In this document: positions 52,906 to 64,000 of the stretch, one piece after another
Layout: each line of letters begins with the position of its first letter
Numbering within the stretch: the stretch's first letter is position 1
NCBI GenBank assembly: GCA_951406725.2
Contig: OX597815.1
Location: forward strand, 43,834,001 to 43,898,000
Reading direction: 5' to 3'
Origin: Octopus vulgaris
Lineage: Eukaryota
Length of the DNA stretch: 64,000 bases
The notes under the pieces: model-generated
The model's database searches: none
The model's input: only the letters and a program-made list of their open reading frames with translations
What the model was told of the DNA's origin: nothing
Translations under genes and position numbers: made by a program

Positions 52906-53622
52906 CCTGTGTTTTGTTATTCTATTTTCCTCTTTTCTTCCGTTTTATTTATAGTCGAGAAGTATAGTTTTTTTTTTTAATTAATCCATGTCAATATTTT
53001 TATTTTTGCTGCTTAAACTTTTTTTGTTTTTCATTTTGCATGAATTTTTTTTTGTTATTTTTTTTTTCCTGCTTGACCCTGTCTAACCTTCATTACAAGG
53101 CAAGGTATATACTGCCCTCCCCCCCCCCCCCCAGTCACTCAAGGTTCTCTCCCTTCCCTTCCCTTCCCTACTCAGAGTATTGACAGGTTACTGAAGCAGA
53201 ACACAGAAGACCGTTTCTTTTTGTATTTTGTCCCACTCTTTTCTTCCTCTTTTTTTTCTTTGTTTTTTTTACTAGTTTTCATTGTGTATTTATTTCCTGT
53301 TTGAGGGGTTTCAATTTCCCTCCTATTTCCCTCTTTTACGTTACCTGCTTTCTCTCCGCCTCATAGCTTTTAGCCAAAATATTGTAACTCTTTTCCTTCC
53401 CACTACACCATCCCAATATTACCTGCTTGTCTGTCATATACTCTGTCTGTCTGTCTTTATATACAAACAACCTACTCCATATTACATTGGGTATCTTTAT
53501 CACATTCCGTCTCATTGCCCTTCACTGCACTCTATTGTCAATTTACATAGCCGCGTCCCAATCTCATATACTTATTTTCATTTATTTATTTTTCTTACTA
53601 TCTATCTATCTATCTATCTATC

Positions 53623-54028
53623 TGGCTGTGTGGTAAGTAGCTTGCTAACCAACCACATGGTTCCGGGTTCAGTCCCACTGCGTGGCATCTTGTGTCTTCT
53701 ACTATAGTGTCTTCTACTATAGCCCCGGGCCGACCAATGCCTTGTGAGTGGATTTGGTAGACGGAAACTGAAAGAAGCCTGCCGTATATATGTATATATA
53801 TATGTGTGTGTGTGTGTGTTTGTGTTTGTCCCCCTAGCATTGCTTGACAACCGATGCTGGCGTGTTTACGTCCCCGTCACTTAGCGGTTCGGCAAAAGAG
53901 ACCGATAGAATAAGTACTGGGCTTACAAAGAATAAGTCTCGGGGTTGATTTGCTCGACTAAAGGCGGTGCTCCAGCATGGCCGCAGTCAAATGACTGAAA
54001 CAAGTAAAAGAGTAAGAGAGAGAGAGTA

Positions 54029-54084
<56 letters not shown>

Positions 54085-54495
54085 GTCTGTATGTCTATAG
54101 ACTGATACTCTTTTACTTGTTTCAGTCATTTGACTGTGGCCATGCTGGAGCACAGCCTTTAGTCGAGCAAATCGACCCCAGAACTTATTCTTTGTAAGCC
54201 TAGTACTTATTCTATCGGTCTCTTTTTTTTTGCCGAACCGCTAAGTTACGGCGACGTAAACACACCAGCATCTGCTGTCAAGCGGTGTTGGAGGTCAAAC
54301 ATAGATACAAATATATACACACACATATACATATATACGACGGGCTTCTTTCAGTTTCCGTCTACCAAATCCACTCACAAGGCTTTGGTCGGCTCGAGGC
54401 TATAGTTGAAGATACTTGCCCAAGGTGCCACGCAGTGGGACTGAACCCGGAACCATGTGGTTGGTAAACAAACTATTTACTACACAGCCACTCCT
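53623..54495. mobile_element. Inverted pair of near full-length family A SINEs
   Basis: + copy 53623-54016 and - copy 54106-54495, separated by (CTAT)n. Confidence 0.92.
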
Positions 54496-54759
54496 ACGTG
54501 TATGTATGTATGTATATATACATCTCTATCTTTGTGTTCGTGTTTATCCCCACCACCGCTCGACAACCGATACTGGTTTGTTTACGCTCCCGTAAACTAA
54601 CGGTTTGGTAAAGCGAGACTGATAAAATAAGCAGCAGGCTTTAAATGAAATTTGTACTCGGGTATAAATAAAACCTTGTTTAAATAATACCATGAAGGCG
54701 ATGCTCCAGCATGACTGCATTCCAATGACTAAACCATGTAAAGGATAAAAAGATAAATA

Positions 54760-54972
54760 TGAGGGGGTGCTGAAGATTTTCTGGCATTAAGGGTGTCGCG
54801 GAAGGTCCGGCTGGAGGCCCAGCCTTCCTAGTTCTTTTACAGGGCTTAGAAAAACTGAAGGACCGCTGCAATAAGTGTGTGGCACTGAGAGGGGAATATG
54901 TTGAATAAAATCATAATCAACTGATCCTCTTGTATTTTCTTTTACCCAAAGCCCAGAACTATTCAACACCAC
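54760..54972. mobile_element. mariner-type MITE (second copy)
   Basis: Reverse-complement similarity to 33995-34208. Confidence 0.8.
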
Positions 54973-55020
54973 ACCCCTCCCTCACCCCGTTTAAGTGTGC
55001 TTGTATGTGTATGTGTGTGC

Positions 55021-55125
<105 letters not shown>

Positions 55126-55355
55126 GGTCATTTCCTTTTGCTGGCTTGCCCTCTCATTTCTTTCCTTCTCCTGCCACTACGCCACCTCTGCCAGTGTCAA
55201 TCAACTCAACATCTACCCCTGGCTCTTCCTAGCCACCACACACATGTATCAGTATCTACGTTTGTGGGTGTGTATGCAAGTGTATGTATGTATGTGTGTC
55301 TGTGTCTGTGTGTGCGGGCGTGCGGGTATCTCACTATCTATCTCACTATCTATCC

Positions 55356-55451
<96 letters not shown>

Positions 55452-55664
55452 GTGTGTGTGTGAGTGTGCGCGCGTACGTGTGTAAACTTATCGTCGTTTT
55501 CTTTTTATTTCTGAAATGATAATAAGACAAGTAACAATATAAGGGACATCATTATACCAGCGACCAGAATATCAAATTCAATTAGTGACAACAGGAGACA
55601 CTAACTCCCTATAATTACCACCTATTGCAATACAATATAATTGTGTGCCAGCGGGGTGGAGTCT

Positions 55665-56160
55665 ATGTCAGGTGTGGCCAACCTATTTCAAGAAGCGAGC
55701 CGCAATGACAGAGCCGTCTCAGCAGCATTATAGACCCCTAGGCAAATCAATGCAATGGACTCTATGTTATTTATTTACAGGGGTAGAGCTGATGTCAAAC
55801 ATGGGCAACCTTTTTCAAGAAGCGGGCTGCATGACAGAACCGTCTCAAGCAGCATTATAGACCCCTAGGCAAATCAATGCAATGGACCCTATGTTATTTA
55901 TTTACAGTGATAGAGCTGATGTCAAACATGGGCAACCTTTTTCAAGAAGCGGGCTGCATGACAGAACCGTCTCAAGCAGCATTATAGACTCCTAGGCAAA
56001 TCAATGCAATGGACCCTATGTTATTTATTTACAGGGGTAGAGCTGATGTCAAACATGGGTAACCTTTTTCAAGAAGCAGGCCGCAGGACAGAGATGTCTC
56101 AGCAGCGTTATTGGCCCCTAGACAAAGAAATGCAACAGACCCTTTGCTATTTATTTACTG
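55665..56160. repeat. 127-bp tandem repeat, ~4 copies
   Basis: gatgtcaaacatgg at 55791, 55918 and 56045; the outer copies are more diverged. Confidence 0.95.
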
Positions 56161-56484
56161 ACGGCAACCCACAGTATCTAAAGATCAGAAGTGAGCCCTT
56201 AGTGAGCCCTTTAAGACCTCCAAAGTGCTCATGCTTTAAGATGGCCCTACCGTATGCGACATGGTTAATTATCAGACCGGTCGCACTACTAAAGCAATTC
56301 AAGGTAATTTTTGTGTCTGATGTAACCTTCAGAAAGTCTCCCGCGTGACGTAGCTTGCTCACTCATGACTTGTCTATGTGATCACTTGATAAGCTACAAA
56401 TAGCAGCCAAATCTACCTCAAACCATATTTAACTGCCTTGGGGAGAAAAGCGACGAACACAATGAATAATGTAATCCTGTTTGC

Positions 56485-56804
56485 CTTCTTCTTCTTCTCC
56501 TTCTTCTTCTTCTTCTTCTTCTTCTTCTTCTTCTTCTTCTTCTTTTTCTTTTTCTTCTTTCTTTCTTCTTCTTTTTCTTTTTCTTTTTCTTCTTTTCTTT
56601 CTTCTTCTTCTTTCTTCTTTTTCTTCTTCTTCTTCTTCTTCTTCTTCTTCTTCTTTCTTATTCTTTTTCTTCTTCTTCTTCTTCTTCTTCTTTTCTTCTT
56701 CTTCTTCTTCTTCTTCTTCTTCTTCTTCTTCTTCTTCTTCTTCTACTTCTTCTTTCTTCTTCTCCTTCTTCTTCCTCCTTCTTCTTCTTTCTCCTTCTTC
56801 TTCT

Positions 56805-56840
<36 letters not shown>
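56485..56840. repeat. Imperfect (CTT)n/(CT)n polypyrimidine tract
   Basis: Direct inspection. Confidence 0.95.
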
Positions 56841-57487
56841 CATTCTTCCGTCTTCTTTTACTGCCTTTTACTCTTATTGCGCACTTTCTCTTTTCTCTTC
56901 TCCTCTCTTCCTCATTATTGCCTCCCTCCTCCTTTCTCTCTCACTCTGATATTTCTGCTGCTTCCGAGTACCAAGATATTTGTCTCGGTTTCCCATAGCT
57001 TTCATACTTACCCGTTATTTGCGCCTTTTGGAACTCAACCACGCTCCATGTTAATTCTTTACAAAGCCCTATTTCGGTTCTCTCCCTTCCCTTCCCTACT
57101 CAGAGTATTGACAGGTTACTGAAGCAGAACACAGAAGACCGTTTCTTTTTGTATTTTGTCCCACTCTTTTCTTCCTCTTTTTTTCTTTGTTTTTACTAGT
57201 TTTTCCAACTAATTCTTCTCACCCAGCATCGCCAAAATGCTCACTGTCCCCAGTTTGCCTGTTCTGTTTTACACCAGTCGAAAGACTTCCATAAACGCAC
57301 TATTCTACGTCTTACTATCCCAATCCTTTACTTTGGTCCTCACTAATCATTTCACTAATACCCGAAGCTTACGGTCCTGCTGTAATGTACCGAAATCGTG
57401 ATTTTAAACTCAAGAGCTGATAAAGGGATATTTGCTTCTCTGTTTGTGTTTTTCCATGTTTTATTTATTTGATTTGTTATTTGTGCT

Positions 57488-57534
<47 letters not shown>

Positions 57535-58029
57535 TCAAAGACGAAAAAAAAAAGGTATTCTAATTACTATACAATTCTTGATTTACTGAAATTATCTTCA
57601 CTCCAAGATAAGGTAAAGAAATATATAGCAACATTTTCAACCAGCTTAAGATTGGAAGGGGTGTATATAATCTCAACAAATCAAAATTAACCTGGAATTA
57701 ACATGCCTATAAGAGTTGGAGTGAGTAGAGAAGAGGGGCAGCAGTGAGGTTGACAAATTCATAAATAAACAATGATATGATACTGCCGAAAGAGGAACAG
57801 ATGTGCCGATTGACACACAACGGGGAAAATAAAATGAATATCATCGTTTCTGTTTAGACTGTTTTAAAAGAAAAGAAATAAAACGATATCGTTGTTTTTA
57901 TGTCTCATAACATAGATAGTTCTTTGATAAGAGAGATCAACATGACATACGTGAAGAAATTGTAAGAAGTTTACTTCTCGACCACAAGATTCCAGGTTCT
58001 GACCCACTGCGTGGAACCTTCCAATCTTC

Positions 58030-58482
58030 TCCAGTGGTGAAATGATTAAAGAATATTTTTTTATTTATGGAAGATGGGGTTCCTTGTCACACGGCTAAAA
58101 TGACCCAAAATTTGTTGGATGAGAATGGCATTAAAAAACTTCCATGGCCAAGTCAGTCACCAGATTTGAACCCTATTGAATACCTCTGGGACATAAATGG
58201 ACAGAACATTCATAAAAAGAACAAGAAAGCATCTTCAAACTCAGATCTTTTGAGATTACTGCATGAAACTTGGCAAGAAACTTGGCAAGAAACTTGGCAA
58301 CAGAATATTCGTCATCTGATCAGTAACATGCCTAATAGGGTTCTTGCATTGAAAAATGCGAAGGGTATGCCTACTAAATATTAAATATTCGCATTATAAC
58401 AATTAATAGATAACTTGAATGTATAATTTCAGATTTAAATAAATTTTAATGATTATAAGGGTGTCTATTTACTTCTGCCATG

Positions 58483-58486
<4 letters not shown>
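58030..58486 (+). mobile_element. Tc1 transposon 3' fragment (transposase C-terminus and TIR)
   Basis: FMEDGVPCHTAK..WPSQSPDLNPIEYLW..NAKGMPTKY*; right end ..ttctgccatgtctg-TA; internal 12-bp triplication (ETWQ x3). Confidence 0.9.
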
Positions 58487-58532
<46 letters not shown>

Positions 58533-58863
58533 CTATGTGTTCGACGTCCTTTTGGTGTCCTGTACACATATATGCGTGTATATGTACATGTAGAGGTAGG
58601 TACGTATATATATATATATATATTTATTACATATATATATATATATATATATTTAAAAAAGGAGATGTGGAACACGAGTTGTGATTTATAAAAAAAGGAA
58701 ATGAAGAAAATGCTGACAAAATAATTTAAGTAAAGGAGAGTGTATTTAATTAGGTGAAAGTTCTTTTTACCGGTTGCGCATTTGTTATGCTTATCAAAAG
58801 ATATATTTTTAAGAGAGATAGAGTTCCTTTCTGATAGATTTTTTCTCTTATAAGAGAAGAAAA

Positions 58864-58920
<57 letters not shown>

Positions 58921-58929
58921 ATGTGTGTG

Positions 58930-59290
58930 TATCTGTGTACGTGTGCGTGTCCCACCACCGTTTGACAACTAGTGTTGGTTTGCTTATAGCCACGTAACTT
59001 AGTGGTAGACTATATACCAAGTTTAAAACAAATAGATAAGGAGCTCGATTTGTTCGACTAAACCCTTAAAAGCGGTGCTTCAGCATGGCTGCAGTCAAAT
59101 GATTGAAATATATTAAAGGAAAAATGCAAAATGTAAAATACAAGATTTATATAGGTATGGTTTCGGGTTCAGTTCCACTGCATGGCACTTTGGGCAAGTG
59201 TGTTCTACTATAGCCTCGGGTCGACCAAAGCCTTGTGAGTGGATCTGGTAGACGGAAAATGAAACTGAAATATATGTGTGTGAGTGTGTG

Positions 59291-59328
<38 letters not shown>

Positions 59329-59417
59329 CATACATACATATATATATATACATACATACATACATACATACACACGCACATACACACACATATGTGTGTG
59401 TTTGTGCGTGTGTCTAC

Positions 59418-59452
<35 letters not shown>

Positions 59453-60139
59453 TATGCTTTTGTGTCTGTGTTTGTCATCCCCATCACCGGCGTTGGTGGT
59501 TCGACAAACGACCCCAATAAAATAAGTACTAAGCTTAAAAGAAAAATGTCCTGGGGTTGATTTATTTGACGGAAAACCTTCAAGGCGATGCTCCGGCATG
59601 CCCGCTGTCAAATGACTGAAACAAGTAGAACTAAAAGTGTAAAAGAGTCGTTTTCTAGTTTTAGAACCGTCCTAATCTAGCAGACCAATGGCATTCCAAC
59701 CGTCACCATCCAGCTCCCCCCCTCTCATTTATCTTTTATCTCATACTTGTTCCAGTCAATTGACTGCGGCTATACTGAAACACCACCTTGAGGAATTTTT
59801 AGTCGATTGAAATGACTGCAGTATTTTTTTTAACCCTGTTCTCATTCTATCGGTTTCGTTTGCCCAACCGCTATATTATGGGCACATAAACACAACACCG
59901 ATTGTCAAACGGTTATGGGGTAAATCCTCAGACACAAACAAACACACACACACACACACATACACGCACACATGCATATTACGACGAGCTTCTTTCAGTT
60001 TCCATCTACAAAATCTACTCAAAAAACTTTGGTCGACCTGAGGCTATAATTGAAGACACCTGCCCAAGATGCTACGCAGTGGGACTGAACCTGGAACCAT
60101 ATGGTTGGGAAGCAAACTTCTTACTATACAGCCACGCCT
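58930..60139. mobile_element. Family A SINE cluster (+ tail, + copy 59155-59640, - copy 59730-60139)
   Basis: Matches other family A copies. Confidence 0.85.
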
Positions 60140-60494
60140 GAGAACTCAGAACTACATTATCCAACATGTTCTTTTCCATATCGGTAAGGCGTGATTTTGA
60201 GATGGAGATTTGTGTGCTATTTCTTACATGTCGAGCGGTCTCAGAAAGACTCTATTATTGTCTCGCTTCAATCCGATACTCCATTATGGCAGCTGCAATC
60301 CAATCAACGATTGGGATCAGTAATAAAATAAACACACTACACACACGTGTGTGCGCGTGTGTATATTGGTCTCAAAATTTGGCACAAAGCAAGCAATTTC
60401 GGGGGAGGAAAGAAGTCGATTACAGCGACCCCAGTAATCATCAGGTACTTATTTTATCGACTCCAAAATGATGAAAGGCAAATTCGACCTCGGT

Positions 60495-60799
60495 TGTTGT
60501 TTGTTCCTTCTCGAGCCATGCCTGGCTCATAAGGGCCGGTTTCCCGGTTTCCTTGGCGTATAGGTTCCCCACCTGGACGGGACGCCGGTCCGTCGCAGGT
60601 GAGCTGCAAGATGCAGGAGGAAAGAGTGAGAGAAAGTTGTGGCAATGAGTCAGCAGAAGTTCGCCATTACCTTCTGCCGGAGCCGTGTGGAGCTTAGGTG
60701 TTTCGCTCATAAACACACACATCGCCCGATCTGAGATTCGAACCCGCGATCCCTCGACCGCGAGTCCACTGCTCTAACCACTAGGCTATGTGCCTCCAC
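60495..60799 (-). mobile_element. Family C SINE (Meta/V-like tail) nested in a family B SINE, with 15-bp TSD
   Basis: aaattcgacctcggt at 60480-60494 and 60800-60814; the host SINE continues on both sides (60370-60885). Confidence 0.92.
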
Positions 60800-61681
60800 A
60801 AATTCGACCTCGGTGCCGTATTTGAACTAAGAACATAAAGCGACGGATGAAATGCCGCTAAGCATTTTGTGCGGTGTGCTAATCATGTGTGTGTATATTA
60901 TTCTATCACCTATACACGTGTGTAGTATGTTTGTGTGTATATATATGTGTGTGTGTGTTTAAATGAAAAAGAAGGTAAGAGAGTTAGCATATACACTTTT
61001 GTTTTGGAGTATGTGTGTGAATATGCCTGAGAATGTATTATTTGTGTGCGTGCTTAAATAGAATATTTATGTGTGTATATGTTTTCGCGCGCGTTTGTGA
61101 GCGCTGTTTTATGCGTGGTTCGCCTCTTTCTTACCCCATTTAGCTTTGATGGGATTTACCTGTCATTTTTGGCGGGAAGCGATGACCTGTTGTAGGAAAA
61201 GTCCAGATGACTACCACATTATTGAGCAGTCTAGCTAGCTAGCATCATTGTTGTGTACACTCCTTTTTAATGTATGTATAGGTATGTTGTGTTTAGCCTC
61301 ATACATTTGAGACTCTTCCCGCCCAAACATCAGCCACTGATTTCTAAAATCTATTTAATGCCTGTATACATACTTTCACACGCCCTTGGATGTTGTATAC
61401 ACCCAGTCTTCTGTCGCCCTATCCTCCTTTGTCTCAATCTTTCTCCCTCTCTCCTTCACCTTTCCGCTCTCTCTCCCTCTCTTTCTCCCTCTCTCCTTCA
61501 CCTTTCCGCGCTCTCTCCCTCTCTTTCTCCCTCTCTTCCCTTCTTTACACGTACACACGCGCGCGAACACAAACACACATAGAGGGATAGATGAAGAGAA
61601 AAAGAGAGAGAGAGAGAAAGAGAGGGAGAGATGCAAGCGTATACAGAGAAATAGACAGGCAGATCTGCAGACTGACAGACG

Positions 61682-61755
<74 letters not shown>

Positions 61756-61860
61756 TAGGTAGACGCATAGATAGTTGGATAAATACACACGTGAATGGAT
61801 GGATAGATAGGTATATAGATACATTGTTGAATTGCACCTAGGGCGGGTTATGTATTTATA

Positions 61861-61894
<34 letters not shown>

Positions 61895-61946
61895 CGTATA
61901 TATAGAACAATCTTACTTAGAAAGGGATGCGTGTGTTCCGTCATAT

Positions 61947-62300
61947 AATATATTAATAAATAAAACATATGCATATATATATATACATACATATATGTAC
62001 GTACCTACCATTACATGTATATATACACGCATATATGGGTACAGGACACCAAAAAAATCGTCGAACACAATGAGAAACGAAAACATAAACACAAAACCAA
62101 AGAACTGGACATTTTTCTTAAGCAACAAAAAAATAGAGTACAGGACAAATAACACAAGGAAAATTCCCCTTCTTCAGTCGCCATGGTTTCATCTACTCTG
62201 CGTTTCGAAGGTGTCCTGTATCCATATATGCGTGTATATATACATGTAGAGGTAGGTACGTACATATATGTATATATATATGCATATGTTTTATTTATTA

Positions 62301-62305
<5 letters not shown>
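61947..62305. repeat. ~100-bp inverted repeat arms around a ~160-bp spacer
   Basis: ..gtacgtacctac..cacgcatatatgggtacaggacacc / ggtgtcctgtatccatatatgcgtg..gtaggtacgtac..; a solo arm also lies at ~58555-58620. Confidence 0.85.
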
Positions 62306-62347
<42 letters not shown>

Positions 62348-63062
62348 AGTGTGTGTGTGTAATCCTAATCGAGAAGGAATAAACTCATCTAGGTGGAATG
62401 AATACATTTTTCTTATCTGTACTTTCAATCATATACATAAAAAAATATATATGCGTATATATGCTTATACATTCACACATAGATGCATACAGTCATAGAG
62501 ACATGCATATATGCATACATGCATATATATATATATATATACATACATAACCTACATACATACACACACTCATACATACATCCATATATACAAATACACA
62601 TACATGCATACATGTATGCATATACATATATTCATACATACAATCATATCCCTATCTTTTGGATGTATGTATATATATGCACATATAAGTGCAATATCTA
62701 TGCATCTATGCATGCATACATAGAAATTCAAGAACTAGATAAAAGTGGATGCATACATACACACATACATACAGTCCTTTATTGATTTCAGTCATTTTTG
62801 CGGCCATGCTGGGGCACACACTTATTGTAATTGATCAATTCGACTTCAATACTTCAGTATGGTACATATCTTCGGTATGGTACATATGGTACATAACTTC
62901 CGTATGGTACATTTCGTGCAGTTTGGTACATATGGTACTGTGTGGTATTGTACAGTATGCATGTATCCATGGAGCCGTTTTCAGGATATAAAAATATATA
63001 ACACAAACAAAAATTTTGGCTTTTAAACGAATGTTAACATAATACGGTCACAAACATACAAA

Positions 63063-63113
<51 letters not shown>

Positions 63114-64000
63114 ATAGACATACACGTATAGATACCGATACACAGAGACATACGTACTTTTACACACGTACACATATAGGTATCCCACCACACACAAATA
63201 CGCTCACATTCACACAGACATACATACACATACACACATGTGTGTATTGAGTGTAAACACACTCGCACACATAAATGAACATACACACATACACGTATCG
63301 ATAACGACACACACACTCGTACATCAACACACACACGTACACGTATAGACACCGACACGCACGCACACCTATACACACACACTCACTCACACACACACAC
63401 ACACACACACACACGTATATCATTTTCCACATCTTAGAGTCAGATTTACTTTTTCATGACCAGTTCTAGCTAATACAGTTCTTGACCTAATTAAATATGA
63501 TAAAGTTCATTGAAAAGAACAATTGTTCTGCTATATATTTTGAAATATCATAAAAGAAAGTTGGCTGAGGATAAAAAGTTACGATAAACATGTTTCCACA
63601 AAAGCCAGAGAAGCACAACGATGCAATTGCTAAGCAGTTTAGTTTCCTTATTTCTTAATGAGTTTTGTCCTAAATATGAAATAAACATCAGAGCTTCCAT
63701 GCGGAATGTAGAGGATCTACTCAGAAGTAGTGTAAGCTCTACTTCTGAATCCATCGCAATATCGGAAACCCTTCCTGCATCATCAGCATCTATCTCAGAG
63801 TCATCAGTATTTCGCTACTTAGCCTGTACATATCGCTTAAGTAAGATAGAAAGCATTGATTAGTCTTCGGCAGCAGAAGGGCTCCATTTGTCGTCTCTTG
63901 TCAGTCACAGTCACATTGAGTTGATTTCAGCTGCCGTGCCCATCTCCATTGTGGATTTCATTTGTTTGTGTTCCAAACCAATCTTCAGTAGGAAATAACG

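Noticed and set aside
55665-56160. CRISPR-like array
   Set aside because: Whole units are repeated with no unique spacers, there are no cas genes, and the context is eukaryotic.
63548-63863. Possible exon or transposase piece near the window end (acidic DDSEIDADD on the minus strand)
   Set aside because: There is an in-frame stop upstream and no recognisable domain or convincing splice pair.

Overview
AT-rich eukaryotic genomic DNA saturated with microsatellites. The tRNA-derived SINEs and the (TA)n/(CA)n/(TAGA)n/(CATA)n load suggest a coleoid cephalopod, probably Octopus (inference). The only clear host genes lie in the first ~15 kb. One is a spliced Cip/Kip (p21/p27/p57-type) CDK inhibitor: coding exon 729-2052, an 8.2-kb intron, coding exon 10300-10376, and a probable non-coding last exon from 11702. 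The splice reconstitutes a p21-like PIP box/degron and a second RxL motif, giving a predicted 466-aa protein. The other is a divergent, intronless Cip/Kip-domain gene (6743-7411) nested on the same strand inside intron 1. It has its own GC-box/TATA promoter, a degenerate cyclin-binding motif and no PIP box. The remaining ~49 kb is a TE graveyard: several SINE families, CR1-, RTE- and RLE-type LINE fragments, Helitron/Helentron, Tc1/mariner, hAT and piggyBac-like MITEs, Penelope-type termini with hammerhead-like motifs, long inverted repeats, local duplications and a 127-bp satellite. Most ORFs in the supplied track are microsatellite or SINE artefacts. TE family names come from motif recognition, not a database search.
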